Notes: generated by a model not told the origin, from the sequence alone. Counted from the first letter of the stretch, positions 20,894-32,780 are shown. The stretch: 64,000 nucleotides of DNA from an uncultured delta proteobacterium (GCA_963737265.1 CAVTRY010000022.1:352001-416000), one strand, 5' to 3'. Numbers and translations: made by a program.

Positions 20894-21487
20894 GTGAAAC
20901 GGCATTGGATGCTGGCATTCTTAATCGCTGGGGCGCTCGTGATTTCGACGGTCGCGCAAGACGTGAAAGCACAATCTACGAACACTGTTGTGACTCAGCA
21001 GCAAGCAAGCAGCGACAACGGCTTACACACAATTGTGGTCAATGTGTGGTCAAAATCCGGGCCGGGAGAACAGGAGCCCGTCAAAATGTCATCAGCATTT
21101 GCGGCAGCCGGCCTGAACGCCGCGTTCAAGATGGAGCTGACTGAGCGAAAGATCGAAAACTCCATCAGGAGAGGTTTCCCGCTTGGCGAGTTCTGGATTC
21201 AAAACGATCTTGCCGAAGTTGACGATGCGCTAAAACTGGCGGCTCTTTCCGCCGCCAACGATGCCGATCAACAGGCATTGCAGGAACTCGAAAAGCAAAG
21301 CACTCGGCTGCGGACCTGGAGCGATTGGCTTATTGACCAGAACCGACACCTCGCGCTGACCGAGTACTACATCTCCTCCTCGACCCTGGACAACGACGAG
21401 CAGTTTCAGAATAGCGTCGCTTGCACAAAGTTTTTGGTCTCTATGCTGTCGAGCAGAACCTTGGCACAGGCGAACTCCTGTCTCTGA
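20894..21487 (+). CDS. secreted hypothetical protein
   Basis: GAGGAGG RBS, GTG start and signal peptide. Confidence 0.6.
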   Translation: MKRHWMLAFLIAGALVISTVAQDVKAQSTNTVVTQQQASSDNGLHTIVVNVWSKSGPGEQEPVKMSSAFAAAGLNAAFKMELTERKIENSIRRGFPLGEFWIQNDLAEVDDALKLAALSAANDADQQALQELEKQSTRLRTWSDWLIDQNRHLALTEYYISSSTLDNDEQFQNSVACTKFLVSMLSSRTLAQANSCL

Positions 21488-21539
21488 GGCGCGGAGGCAT
21501 AACAATCAGAAAGGTGAGCAATCTTATATGGAGAGCATC

Positions 21540-21908
21540 ATGAACATGAAAAGGACGTTTGCGTTGTGGCTGCTTGAGGCCAGTCTGGTGGCCGGCATTG
21601 CGATAGCGGGATGCGCGCAGAACACGATGACAACCCCGAACGGCAACAGTGGTCCCGCGACGGCCGTTCAGCGCGCCCCCGAAGTGACCTGGCTGGTCGG
21701 CTGTCTGGAGCGAGGTCCCGCTGCAGATCAGTACGCACTGCATGGTGCAAGTTCGCAATGGTGGGCCCCGCTTAAGAGTGACAGCTTCCATCTCCAGGCT
21801 TTTCTCGATACGGAGGTCAGGGTGGCTGTCGTGAAGTCAACCGAGAACGATGGCACACTTACCGTGACCGACTTGATCCTAGCGAGTCCGAGTTGCGCGT
21901 CGCGGTAG
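21540..21908 (+). CDS. small lipoprotein, OB-fold-like hypothetical
   Basis: IAGC lipobox; paired Cys in 'GCL...Y.L' and the C-terminal 'SPSC'. Confidence 0.55.
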   Translation: MNMKRTFALWLLEASLVAGIAIAGCAQNTMTTPNGNSGPATAVQRAPEVTWLVGCLERGPAADQYALHGASSQWWAPLKSDSFHLQAFLDTEVRVAVVKSTENDGTLTVTDLILASPSCASR

Positions 21909-22274
21909 CAGCGGCAGGGCTTGGTGCGCAGGGCCAACAATGCTGCATTCCTTTGCTGAATATCCACCGCCGTAAAAGTTACCTGGCAGTCACTTGGACG
22001 AATTCTTCGGCCAGACCGAACCCTGCCTTCTTAAAGGGCGATGCGGCTCATCCCGAAACCGCCGCCCTAATGTGGGCAGAAAGCCACCACTGCCCATGTA
22101 CGGTCGAAAGTTTCGACAGACTGTCCAGTCTTAGTTTGTCAATCCCTTTTTTCTCAGCCACTTACATTGACCAAGCCTTGGCATCCGCGTTGCTCTTTAG
22201 ATCACGTAGTCCGCAAGTCAGACATTCTGTCGCCGAAATCCATCGCTTGCGCGAAGAAGAAAAGGTGACCAACT

Positions 22275-23232
22275 ATGAACGGGATCCCCGCTAGGCAGCG
22301 TAGCTTCGCCAGTCGTTACAGCTTCCGCACACTCCGAGCCTTTATTGCCATGCTCGTATATTTGGGCTGTCTCGTCGCGCCCTCGCCCGCCCATGGGGCT
22401 GAGTTGAGGCAAGACACTTTGGTCTCTTGGAATGCGTACCTCGATGCTGCCCGTCCACAGATGGCCCCCCAGACACCCTTTCTCTGGATCGACCAGGAGC
22501 CCGAGCGCCTTCAGCGTGTCCGTGATGGTGAGATTCTGGTCTCGTCCGTCGGGAAGGAAAACCCAAAACCGGTGCCCTCGGGTTTGATCCACGATTGGCT
22601 GGGCGCGGCCTTTTTTCCGAACGCCAGTATCAAAGACGTTTTGTCCGCCGCGCGTGATTACAGCAACTACAAGGAGTATTACAAGCCGACGGTTGTTGAT
22701 TCCAGGTTGCTCAGCAGCGATGGATCCTGTGAACAGTACTCCATGCGCGTAGTGAACAAAGAGGCCGTAGCCGAGACGGCGCTGGATATGGATTACGAAA
22801 CCTGCTATTTCAAAATCGACGACCGGCGATGGTACAGCACCACGCATACTACCCGGGTGCAAGAGGTCCGGCACTACGGCCGCGCCGAACGAGCAGGTGC
22901 TTCCGCCGGATCATGGCAGCGGCTTCATCTGGCGCCTATATAGCGTCGCCAGGTTTGAGCAAAGAGACGGCGGAACCTATGTGGAAGTCGAGGCGATTGC
23001 GTTGAGTCGCGACATTCCGACTGCGCTACGCTGGGTGGTCAATCCTATCGTGCGCCGCGTCTCAAGGAACTCCATGCTCGTCTCCCTGCAACAGATGAAG
23101 GAGGCGGTCCGTTTGACCGAAGATGCAGAGCGAGCCGCCAAATTACCCACGACTGCCAACAACGGTACGCGAGGCGCGTTCGCTTCGGAGGTAGGTATCG
23201 CCAAGAGTTTTGCTTCGGCCGGGAAGCCGTGA
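22275..23232 (+). CDS. conserved Acidobacteriota-type secreted protein (START-like), frameshift near 22890
   Basis: 'VPSGLIHDWLGA.F.P...DY..YK..Y.P.V' continues in the next frame as 'LPPDHGSGFIWRL...E.E...LSRDIP'. Confidence 0.65.
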
Positions 23233-23482
23233 TTTGGGATCCATTGGCACGAGCCAAAGCCCGCCTTGAGCAGAGTTCTACCCTGACGGGAATTCTCGTC
23301 GAGAACGATAAGAAAGGCGGAAACGCGGGCCTCATGACACTCGAGTGGTCGCTTTCTCGCCGTGGGAGCAAGGAGGAAATGACACTGCTCGCTGCGATGC
23401 ACCGAGTCGTGCAATCATCTCGGGCACTCATGAATAAGTGAACTTACTCTGAAACACTGCATCAGCTCAAACACGCCATAAC

Positions 23483-25171
23483 TCAAACCTGCTCGCCTAC
23501 AAGTTCATCCCTCAGGTAGCGTCCAACGGCAATCTCCAGATTGAAATGCATTCCTTCACGCCGCAGGATCTGTCCCAGCGGTGATCGTTGTACGACCGCC
23601 AAAACTCCGGGATTCATACCAATCAGCCACAGTTGAATGCCATCCTGACTTTGCCTCTGCGCAACTTGTGCGAACATTTTGAGCGCGGTGTACTCCATGT
23701 CGAGGACTCCGCTCGCGTCGACCGCGACGACTTTCGGTTGCGTTTCCCTGACCAGCGGCTCAATCTTGTGTGCGATCTGTGCCGCATTGGCAAAGAAAAT
23801 TGGACCTTCCGGCCTCAGCAGCAGAAGGCCAGGAAAACTCTCATCCTCGGGATGTTCCGGCGATTCCGGCCGGAATACGTTGGTTCCGGGCTTACGCCGC
23901 AGGACATACACTGGAGCGTCGGCCACATGGTACGCCAGTGTGACCAGGGAAACGATAATGGCTACGATAATTCCCTTTAGGGTGCCGACGAGCACGACCC
24001 CTGCGAACGCCACGATCGCCCATGAAAATTCGGTCCTGCGAACGCTAAGAATCTCACGGAACTCGATCGGCTTAATAAGTCCGAAGGAATACACAATCAC
24101 CAGCGCCGCCAAAGCAGCTTGCGGCATCATCGCAATGACTGGAGCGAGGAAGAGGGTTGTTACCAGTGCCATCGCCGCGGTTACGATTTCGGCTAATTGC
24201 GTGCGAGCTCCTGCGCGCACATTGACCGCCGTCTGCGTTGTGCCACCGCCGCCGGGCATAGCACCGAAGAGCGCGCCTCCGACATTGGCGAGTCCGGTTG
24301 CAAGCAGCTCTCTGTCTGCTCGCGGCGCCGGCTCGTCATTTCGTACGAAGGCTCGTCCGGCCGCAACCGTCTCCGTGAAACTCATCAAGGCAATCCCTAA
24401 TGCGCCGGGCCACAGCACGGTTATGAACGAAAAGTCTGGCTTCATCAGCGACGGCAATCCTGGCGGTATGTGGCCCACCAGTTCGACACCCCGATGTTGC
24501 AAATTCAAGAAGTAGGCGCCCGCTATCGCAGCAGCTACGGCCAGCAGCGGCGCTGGCAGTTTCGGCAGGAAACGCTCCATGGTCAGCAGAATCGCCAGTA
24601 CTGCGAGCCCGACGGCCAGCGTTGCTAACGACGTTTTTGGGAGGGTGTGAACTATTGAGAGGACGTTCTGAACGAATGTGCCTCTTGTGAAGTGGATGCC
24701 AAGGATCTTCGGGATCTGGTCCACTACAATGACCAGCCCTATGCCGGCTCTGAAACCGACGAGCACCGGCTCGGAGATAAAGTTAGCCACGATTCCCAGG
24801 CGCAGCAGGTACGCCAGCAAAAGTGCGGCTCCCACCAGTAGCGCCAGCGTCGCTGAGGCTGTCAGCAGGGCTGCGGGGTTGCCGTTGGGCACGACCTGCC
24901 CCAACTGAGCGGCGGTCAGAATCGCCAACGTTGTAGTCGTGCTGACGCTGAGCACGCGCGAGGTCCCAAGCACCGCGTAGATCACCATCGGCACCAGGGC
25001 GGTATAGAGGCCTACCTGCACCGGTAGCCCGGCCATCATGGCATACGCCATCGCCTTGGGAATAATTACCGCGCCGGTGGTCAGCCCCGCGACGATGTCG
25101 GGACGCAGCCAATCCGCATGGTATGGCACTAGCCAGTCCGGCAAAGCACGAGACCAGGGACGCGTTGACAT
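23483..25171 (-). CDS. SulP family inorganic anion transporter with STAS domain
   Basis: DIVAGLT...PKAMAYA...GLY signature, many TM helices and a C-terminal STAS domain (IFFANA). Confidence 0.93.
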   Translation of the reverse strand: MSTRPWSRALPDWLVPYHADWLRPDIVAGLTTGAVIIPKAMAYAMMAGLPVQVGLYTALVPMVIYAVLGTSRVLSVSTTTTLAILTAAQLGQVVPNGNPAALLTASATLALLVGAALLLAYLLRLGIVANFISEPVLVGFRAGIGLVIVVDQIPKILGIHFTRGTFVQNVLSIVHTLPKTSLATLAVGLAVLAILLTMERFLPKLPAPLLAVAAAIAGAYFLNLQHRGVELVGHIPPGLPSLMKPDFSFITVLWPGALGIALMSFTETVAAGRAFVRNDEPAPRADRELLATGLANVGGALFGAMPGGGGTTQTAVNVRAGARTQLAEIVTAAMALVTTLFLAPVIAMMPQAALAALVIVYSFGLIKPIEFREILSVRRTEFSWAIVAFAGVVLVGTLKGIIVAIIVSLVTLAYHVADAPVYVLRRKPGTNVFRPESPEHPEDESFPGLLLLRPEGPIFFANAAQIAHKIEPLVRETQPKVVAVDASGVLDMEYTALKMFAQVAQRQSQDGIQLWLIGMNPGVLAVVQRSPLGQILRREGMHFNLEIAVGRYLRDELVGEQV

Positions 25172-25181
25172 GCTGCCAAGC

Positions 25182-26036
25182 CTACAGGTGCTGCGGGACG
25201 GTTCGATGATTGTGATTCGGCTCTACGTACCCTTTCGGCTTTTGCCTTGGCGGGAGCTTGGGAGGCGTATAAGGAATCTCCTCGTACCGGATGCTGTTGA
25301 GTATGTGCGCAATGCAGTTCAGGTGGGCGCGCTTTTTGTCGTCTGACGGAACGATGTGCCAGGGCGATGCTACTGTATCCGTGGCTGCAAGCATCGCATC
25401 CCGGGCGCGTGAGTAGTCGTAATAACGGCGGTGCGATTCCAGGTCCATAGGACTAAGCTTCCAGCGCTTGGAAGGATCTTCAATTCGCGCCAGGAAGCGT
25501 TTGTGCTGTTCCTTTTCCGATACTTCCAGCCAGTACTTCAGAAGCGCGATGCCTTGGCTGACCAGAAAGGCCTCGAAGCTGGGACAGTCCCTGAGAAACT
25601 CGTTGTACTCCTCAGAAGTACAGAATCCCATCACATACTCAACACCGGCGCGGTTATACCAGCTTCGGTCGAAGATAACGACTTCACCTCCGGCGGGCAG
25701 TTGTTCAACGTAGCGTTGAGCATGGAGCTGCGTTTTCTGCCTCTCGCTCGGCGAGGGAAGGGCGACTACGCGAAAGATGCGCGGGCTGACCCGCTCTACG
25801 ATGCGCTTGATCATGCCGCCTTTGCCGGCAGCATCTCGTCCTTCAAAAATGATCACAATTCGGGCGTTGGTCGCCTTGACCCAGTCCTGTAGCTTGACCA
25901 GCTCAACTTGTAGCTTGAAAATCTCGGCCTCGTACTCATCTTTACCGATCTTCGGTTGCCCGTTGACGCCGGACTGTTGAGTGTTGCTGTCCAGCCTTGA
26001 TTCTTGTTTCATGTTGTTTTTGGATTTCTTGCCCAT
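25182..26036 (-). CDS. ppk2: polyphosphate kinase 2
   Basis: FEGRDAAGKGG, FDRSWYNRAGVE and WKLSPMD motifs. Confidence 0.95.
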   Translation of the reverse strand: MGKKSKNNMKQESRLDSNTQQSGVNGQPKIGKDEYEAEIFKLQVELVKLQDWVKATNARIVIIFEGRDAAGKGGMIKRIVERVSPRIFRVVALPSPSERQKTQLHAQRYVEQLPAGGEVVIFDRSWYNRAGVEYVMGFCTSEEYNEFLRDCPSFEAFLVSQGIALLKYWLEVSEKEQHKRFLARIEDPSKRWKLSPMDLESHRRYYDYSRARDAMLAATDTVASPWHIVPSDDKKRAHLNCIAHILNSIRYEEIPYTPPKLPPRQKPKGYVEPNHNHRTVPQHL

Positions 26037-26058
26037 CGTTGCTTTCTGGCTCCTTGGC

Positions 26059-26196
26059 AGGCTGCAAAGAAAGTTAGTTTCGATAGCGTTTTGAAAGGGC
26101 ACGACTTTAGTCGTGCCGATAAGCCCTTATTTTTTGCCATCCCGAGCGGACGTTAGTCCGCGAGGGACCTGCTTTTTCCGACTTTTTCACCAACCT
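26059..26196. repeat. REP/MITE-like composite palindromic element
   Basis: Imperfect outer inverted repeats AGGCTGCAAAGAAAGT / ACTTTTTCACCAACCT enclose the hairpin GGCACGACT-TT-AGTCGTGCC (26098-26117) and TGCCATCCCGAGCGGACGTTAGTCCGCGAGGGACCTGC. Confidence 0.65.
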
Positions 26197-26584
26197 CTTC
26201 AGTCCAGGGAGGACTTATGAGACGGCTTCATGTCCGTCCAACTTGATTCACCTCCTATCACGCAGCAATTGCAGTACCAAACCTCACACGCCATAACGCC
26301 GCAATTTCACTATCAATGAAATGGGATCCGAGCAGTTAATGCTCATTTACGGTCATGCTGCCCAGATGAAGGCATGGGTGGCCTGCTGAGATGTCGGAGT
26401 TCACTGAGAAGCAAGAGCTTAAGGAAGATATCGATTGGCACGCCATCTGCACTACTACAGGTGGCCATTGCACAAGAGCGTGTGTAGTGACCGCCAGCCG
26501 GAAACGGCGAAATCAGGGAGCCGAGAGAGGGAGTCGTTCTGGTAGTGGCCGAAGAAGGCCGAGAAATAACCTCAAGGTGCAAAA

Positions 26585-26803
26585 ATGAAAGACAACAGTA
26601 GTAAAACCAGGTTCTGGACAGCGCTAGTGACGGTCAACTCATTGACCTTGCTCTTCCCCCTTGCTTTCTTAATTATTGTCTTACTTCAGCCAGATGACGA
26701 CCCATTGCGGCTTCTCGCAGTCCTTGCGACTTATGGGACTGTATTCCTGCTTTTCATTGCGGACACCCTCAGTATTTGTCTCCGGTATTTTATGGACAGT
26801 TGA
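26585..26803 (+). CDS. small two-TM membrane protein
   Basis: 72-aa ORF with two hydrophobic stretches and an AAGG RBS. Confidence 0.45.
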   Translation: MKDNSSKTRFWTALVTVNSLTLLFPLAFLIIVLLQPDDDPLRLLAVLATYGTVFLLFIADTLSICLRYFMDS

Positions 26804-26939
26804 TCCGGCCGCACGATTCACCCTGCGTTTGTCTTAACTGAGATTGGTGAAGTTGACCGAAGCACAACCCTACGACTCGAGCCAATCAGGCAGGGCTAAT
26901 GGCCAGTCGCGCTATAGGTTTAGGAAAGGACTTCTAGTT

Positions 26940-27461
26940 GTGAAATTTGCAAAGGCAACAGTACTTCCCCTTCTGTTTTTACTCGGGAGCATCGTTTCGC
27001 TGAGCCAGACCCAATCGGCGCCGTCCGCGGCGGAGGCGGTGCACGTCACAGGCTTGACAGGCATCAAGGAAAACACCAAAGGTACCCTGACAGTCGAGAA
27101 TGGCACGCTCACCTTCGCTACCTCAAAGAGTAGTTGCGATGTTTCTGCGGCTTCCATACAAGATGTTGTCACTGGGAATGACAGTCAGCGTGTCATCAGA
27201 GGAACTGTAGGCACGCTGACTATGCTCGCCCCGTACGGAGGTGGGCGGGCAATCAGTCTCTTACGTACCAAGATCGACACCCTTACGATTCAGTATCGGG
27301 ATTCAAATGGCGGCCTTCACGGGGCCGTCTTTACCATGCCGGTTGGCAAGGCTGAATTGATCAAAGAGTCGCTGCTCGCGCAGGGTGCTCATACCAGCAT
27401 CCCGTCGAAACAAGACTCGACAGCGGATCCGACTCAGCAATCTGCGGCAAAGGAGCAATAA
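26940..27461 (+). CDS. secreted hypothetical protein
   Basis: Signal peptide and beta-rich body; forms an operon with the next gene. Confidence 0.6.
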   Translation: MKFAKATVLPLLFLLGSIVSLSQTQSAPSAAEAVHVTGLTGIKENTKGTLTVENGTLTFATSKSSCDVSAASIQDVVTGNDSQRVIRGTVGTLTMLAPYGGGRAISLLRTKIDTLTIQYRDSNGGLHGAVFTMPVGKAELIKESLLAQGAHTSIPSKQDSTADPTQQSAAKEQ

Positions 27462-27463
27462 CG

Positions 27464-28002
27464 TTGAAAACCATCAAGACTGCTACTCTTCTTTGGACAC
27501 TCATGGCCGGATTAAGTGCGGCGCCGCTGTTGTGCGCGCAAGCCGATCCAGCAGCCAAATCGCCGTCATCTGCGATCGAAGTTGAGATGATCCAGCCCGG
27601 GGAGATCAACCTTCCTGCCGAATTCCAGGTCGCACTCTACGAGAACCTGGTCCAGCAGCTGCAGAAAGAAGGCGGCTTCTCCCAGGTCTATCGTGACGGT
27701 GACCGGAATGCCACCGATGCCTCGGTCTCGTTATTCTTCACACCGAGGTTATAGGCTTCAAGAAAGGCAGTGAACTTGAGCGTAACGTCACAACGGTTGG
27801 CGGGGCCACCTCCATTACGGTTCATTGTAAGTTCACGGATAAAGAGGGGAAGGTGCTGCTGGAGCGCGACATTGACGGCAAAGTGCGGTTCTTCGGCGAC
27901 AACCTGAAAGCCACGAGTGACTTCGCAAAAAAGGTCGCGAAAGTTGCAAGTGAGCGCTTTCCTTCTGATCACAACAAGAGTGTTGCGGTGGTGGGGTACT
28001 GA
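27464..28002 (+). CDS. secreted hypothetical protein (DUF4410-like), frameshift near 27720
   Basis: First frame to 27754; continuation GFKKGSELERNVTTVGG...FAKKVAK ends at TGA 28000-28002. Confidence 0.55.
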
Positions 28003-28798
28003 CGTGTGGGCGAGCGAGTCTGCCTGCCTCACCAAAGTTGCGAAGGGCATCCAACTTAATGTGCCAGACACGGACTCCGCAGCCAACCAGTTCGGCGCGC
28101 CACAAAGCGCAGAAACCCCGCGGCATATTTCCGTTGTTGTTGGCCCGTGTTGCTCCTCGCGACGTGCTATTTGGTAAAGGCGCCGATGGGCCAGATCCAT
28201 GATCTGCGCCGCAGTCGACATCTCCTGAATTAGCCCAAGCATCGAGGGATTCTGCCGGATGTCGATCTGACTATGTTCAAGCCGCTTCAGAGTCCCCACA
28301 GACAACGTAATGGCCCAATAGTTGCCGCTGACTTGGCTTTGCGCTGACGCGGAATACGGATATCAACCTCGGACGGATTTGCCGGGCGCCGAGTCAATTA
28401 TGCAACTTTACCCCGTGACGACAACTGCCCGGATTCCGTCAGCGCCCTTCGTCCGCCACATCCTACCTACGTTGCGGGTGCGCATGTAACTGAAAACAGG
28501 TCCCGTTGCCTGCATTTTAACGTGCCTATTCGTGGCACTCGAATTGCGATATGAATGTCCGATATTCGATTCGCTCCACCAGGGGGTGCTGACTTGCTCG
28601 GAGAACTGATAAACATTCCGACTGACACGCTCATCCACATGCTCTTTGTAATCCTCGCGGGCGAGGTCATTCTCACGGCGAAAGATGTAGCGGAAATTGT
28701 GGAGATTCAGTGTGAGTTGCAAAGAAGAGACGAGGGGAGCCACTGGAACTGGCGCGCTGTTAACTAAGACGCACCGAACAGCGAAGGAAGGACTGAAA

Positions 28799-31255
28799 AT
28801 GACATTACTCGCAGATACGCAAGACTTGGCAGAGCCATTGAGGCCCGAGGGTACAGCGCGGTCTACTGTCCCGGGAGCGCCGCTAAGTGTCGATGAACTG
28901 AACAGGCTCGACGCCTTTTGGCGTGCGTGCAAGTACCTGGCTCTAGGAATGATCTATCTTCAGGCAAACCCACTGTTACGGGAATCCCTGAAACCAAAGC
29001 ACATTAAGAGTCGGCTCTTGGGCCATTGGGGCGCCAGCCCCGGTCTGGCCTTTATCTACATCCATCTGAGTCGCCTTATAAAAAAACATGACCTTGAGAT
29101 GATGTTTCTCGCGGGGCCGGGCCACGGCGCGCCAGGCGTTTTGGCACCTGTGTATCTAGAGGGCACGTACACTGAGATCTACCCAGAAAAAACCCAGGAC
29201 GAAAAAGGCCTCCAGGAATTCTTCAAGCAATTCTCATTCCCGGGAGGAATCGGAAGTCACTGCACCCCGGAAACCCCAGGCTCGATTCACGAAGGAGGCG
29301 AACTGGGCTATGTCCTCTCGCATGCCTGTGGAGCTGCTTTCGACAATCCTGACCTGATCGTCGCAGCTGTAGTGGGTGACGGTGAAGCTGAAACTGGCCC
29401 ATTGGCGACCTCCTGGCACATTAGCAAGTTTCTAAATCCAATCCGCGATGGGGCTGTCCTACCTATACTTCACCTTAACGGCTACAAGATCAACAACCCG
29501 ACTCTGCTGGCAAGAATTACCCACGAAGAGTTGGAAAGCTTGTTACGCGGATACGGCTGGAATCCGTACTTTGTGGAAGGATCCGAACCTGACAGCATGC
29601 ATCAGGCAATGGCCGCGACACTTCAGCGATGCACGGCCGAGATCAAGTCACATCAGGAAGAATGCCGCAAGAGTGGGACCGCGATCCGGCCACGCTGGCC
29701 CATGGTGGTGTTGCGATCGCCAAAGGGATGGGGTGCGCCGACGGAGGTGGACGGACATCGGATTGAAGGCTCTTGGCGCTCACACCAGGTTCCGGTGACA
29801 GACGTCAAGAGCAACCCCGAACATCTGCGCATTCTGGAGGACTGGATGCGGTCATTCAAGCCCGAGGAACTCTTCGACGAGAACGGAAGGCTGCGACCGG
29901 AGCTCGCCGAAATTGCACCATCCGGCTCGCGCCGCATGAGCGCCAGTCCTCACGCGAATGGAGAGCTCAGAGAAAAACTACTGTTGCCCGACTTTCGTGA
30001 CTACGCCGTTAGAATCGAGAGCCCAGGGAGTCTGGAAGTCGAAAATGTGCCACCGCTGGGTACCTTCCTGCGGGACGTCATGAAATCGAACATGAGCAGT
30101 TTTCGGGTGTTTGCGCCTGATGAGAACACTTCCAACAAGCTGGATGCGGTCTATCAGGCTTCGAAGAAATTTTGGATTGCGGGAACTCTGCCCGAGGACA
30201 GTGATGGCACCGAACTGGCCTCCGACGGACGCGTTATTGAAATGCTTAGCGAGCACACTATGGAGGGCATGCTCGAGGGCTATTTGCTGACCGGTCGTAA
30301 CGGCTTTCTCTCATCCTATGAAGCCTTTGTTCATGTAATCGACTCGATGTTTAATCAGCACGCGAAATGGTTATCCATCTGCAATCAGTTATCTTGGCGC
30401 CGAAAGATCGCGTCTCTCAATCTTCTTATTACCTCAACGGTGTGGCGTCAGGATCACAATGGCTTCACGCACCAGGACCCCGGGTTCCTCGACGTAGTAC
30501 TCAACAAGAGTGCGGCAGTTACCCGTATCTACCTACCGCCGGATGCGAATTGTTTACTGTCCGTAGCAGACCACTGCCTGCGATCTGAAAACTACGTCAA
30601 TGTTATTGTCTCCGACAAGCAGCGGCATCTGCAATATCTGAATATTGACGCTGCCATTACTCACTGCACAAAAGGCATAGGCATCTGGAAGTGGGCCAGC
30701 AATGATGCAGATCAGGATCCTGACGTTGTCATTGCTGCAGCGGGCGACATTCCTACACAAGAAGCGCTGGCCGCCACAGTACTGCTCAGAGAACGGTTCC
30801 CCGACCTCAAGATCCGCTTTGTCAACGTCGTCGACTTGTTCAAACTACAACCGAACACTGAACATCCGCATGGCCTGACGGATGCAGACTTTGACTCTCT
30901 CTTCACCACCGACAAGCCGATCATCTTTAACTTCCATGGCTACCCCTGGCTGATTCACCGCCTCGCTTACCGTCGCACAAATCATCGGAACCTGCATGTG
31001 CGCGGCTACAAAGAGAAGGGAAACATTAATACCCCCATGGAGCTGGCGATTAACAATCAAACAGACCGCTTCAGTCTCGCCATCGACGCCATTGACCGCG
31101 TGGGAAAACTGCAGCGGGTAGGAGCGCATGCTAAAGAGGAATTTCGCGATTGCCAGCTTGCGTGCAGGCGCCACGCTTACGAGTACGGAGTCGACAGCCC
31201 CGAGATTGGCGGTTGGAAGTGGCCTTCGGACAAGGATGAAGTGATGGGCTCGTAG
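28799..31255 (+). CDS. xfp: D-xylulose 5-phosphate/D-fructose 6-phosphate phosphoketolase
   Basis: [30 protein letters not shown] and [14 protein letters not shown] motifs. Confidence 0.96.
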   Translation: MTLLADTQDLAEPLRPEGTARSTVPGAPLSVDELNRLDAFWRACKYLALGMIYLQANPLLRESLKPKHIKSRLLGHWGASPGLAFIYIHLSRLIKKHDLEMMFLAGPGHGAPGVLAPVYLEGTYTEIYPEKTQDEKGLQEFFKQFSFPGGIGSHCTPETPGSIHEGGELGYVLSHACGAAFDNPDLIVAAVVGDGEAETGPLATSWHISKFLNPIRDGAVLPILHLNGYKINNPTLLARITHEELESLLRGYGWNPYFVEGSEPDSMHQAMAATLQRCTAEIKSHQEECRKSGTAIRPRWPMVVLRSPKGWGAPTEVDGHRIEGSWRSHQVPVTDVKSNPEHLRILEDWMRSFKPEELFDENGRLRPELAEIAPSGSRRMSASPHANGELREKLLLPDFRDYAVRIESPGSLEVENVPPLGTFLRDVMKSNMSSFRVFAPDENTSNKLDAVYQASKKFWIAGTLPEDSDGTELASDGRVIEMLSEHTMEGMLEGYLLTGRNGFLSSYEAFVHVIDSMFNQHAKWLSICNQLSWRRKIASLNLLITSTVWRQDHNGFTHQDPGFLDVVLNKSAAVTRIYLPPDANCLLSVADHCLRSENYVNVIVSDKQRHLQYLNIDAAITHCTKGIGIWKWASNDADQDPDVVIAAAGDIPTQEALAATVLLRERFPDLKIRFVNVVDLFKLQPNTEHPHGLTDADFDSLFTTDKPIIFNFHGYPWLIHRLAYRRTNHRNLHVRGYKEKGNINTPMELAINNQTDRFSLAIDAIDRVGKLQRVGAHAKEEFRDCQLACRRHAYEYGVDSPEIGGWKWPSDKDEVMGS

Positions 31256-31501
31256 CGCTGGCCGGAGCAGCCAGCAATATTCCACTAGCCGCCCGAATAA
31301 GCGAGCAGGACACTTATCAGTCTGCACTCTGCCCGTCGCCTTTGGCCTGCCCATCCACCTGCCCACATTCCGGCGTTTCCGAGTTTCGCGCGCGGCTGTC
31401 TACTGGTCCGCATTGCCAAACCACTATCTTTTCTATGGCTTAGTGCGGGTTCGTGGTTGGCATAGCGCCTGCATATTACTTTGTTGGTGAACGGAGGAAC
31501 G

Positions 31502-31720
31502 ATGCTAATCGCAGAAATACGATTTTCCGCGAAGGCTTTGATCGTCAAGCCGGGAGGCGGATCTATCAGCGATGATGCGAAGTGCGTTCGGATGCTAACG
31601 GAGGTCACCTTCGAGGACTCTGTGGCGAAGCGACCTGGTCGTCTTTCAGCAGACTCGGAGCGAAGATCCTTGCCGAGGAGGCCTACATATTGAATGTGTA
31701 CAAGCGGCTTGATCGTAGGG
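31502..31720 (+). pseudogene. degenerate small STAS-like protein
   Basis: MLIAEIR...LTEVTFEDSV, then frameshifted GEATWSSFSRLGAKILAEEAYILNVYKRL. Confidence 0.35.
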
Positions 31721-31779
31721 ACGGCCTGCCCGGGAGCCTCGTTTCTGCATGAACGATATCGTCCAATTCGTTTTGAAGC

Positions 31780-31869
31780 ATGGCTAAGTTCTCCAGCGAC
31801 CGCACCATCGCCGAGTACGCAGCCCATATCGGGAACGTGCAACCATGTCCAGTGCCCGAGAAGGCTTAA
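31780..31869 (+). pseudogene. glgP: C-terminal remnant of glycogen/starch phosphorylase
   Basis: Translates as MAKFSSDRTIAEYAAHIGNVQPCPVPEKA*, matching the GlgP terminal motif KFSSDRTIxEYA. Confidence 0.75.
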
Positions 31870-32255
31870 TCGGCCGCCCGCTTCAGCCTCGCGGCCTGCG
31901 ATGGCCTCGGCTGGTGATCAGGTTTTGTTTTTAAATGCGGCGTGAGGAGCAAAGGTCGACGAATGACGGAGCGAGTTGTCCCTACCTGGCCGCGCCATTT
32001 TGCCTGCCGTTCCTTGGCGGTTCCCGTATGTGGGCAAGGGCAAAGCTTTTCACGAGGAGGTTACACGAGTATCGTAACTCGGCTGATTGCTACAACCAGC
32101 AACATTTCAAATAAGGTCAACCGCATGTTCCAAGGCCGGTTGCAAACCGCCCGGGAGCGGTTTAGCGCGCGCATCAGGAAGGCATACGAGGAGAACGTTG
32201 CGTCGTTGATGACGAGGGCGTCGACGCGATGCGACGACCCAGGAGGAAGATCCAT

Positions 32256-32702
32256 ATGTCTGACAATCTCCGGTCGCTGATTAAGGAACATCACGCTTTC
32301 TACGAGGTGTTGCCATGCTACCTCGTGCTCGAGGAAAGGCATGTAAGCTCTTCGGTCGTGACTCGAAGGGTTCAGGCTGGCTTTGATGTTGAGCTCTACG
32401 GAGTAAACATTAGGGATGAGTTTGTGGTGCCGGGCCCTGATCCTCACTACGCGCTGGCCTATGCCCAGTTACAGAAGATCGTGGAAAAGGTTTCGCATCG
32501 TGTCGACCATTCCTGCTCCCTGAAGGTTATTCCGTTCCATTCGACCTTCGTCCTCGATAGTCGAAATCAGACGGTTGAAGCAATGATCCGAATCAGGATT
32601 TCACATCGGCGGGGTATTGACCAACCCGCCGGACTGGCGGAGCAACATGCACTTGAGGAAATCGAAAACCAGCTTCACGGCCTGGGCATCACCCGCCGAT
32701 GA
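32256..32702 (+). CDS. hypothetical protein
   Basis: AGGAGG RBS and a 148-aa ORF upstream of glgX. Confidence 0.6.
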   Translation: MSDNLRSLIKEHHAFYEVLPCYLVLEERHVSSSVVTRRVQAGFDVELYGVNIRDEFVVPGPDPHYALAYAQLQKIVEKVSHRVDHSCSLKVIPFHSTFVLDSRNQTVEAMIRIRISHRRGIDQPAGLAEQHALEEIENQLHGLGITRR

Positions 32703-32780
32703 CGAACCGCACAACCTCGGATTCAATGCTGGCGAGCGGGAGATTGGCCGAGGACAAACTCCTGCCGCTAGGTGCAGCTA

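Noticed and set aside
27688-28932. Reverse-strand ORFs 27688-28305 and 28408-28932
   Set aside because: They overlap better-supported + strand genes and have no recognisable motifs.
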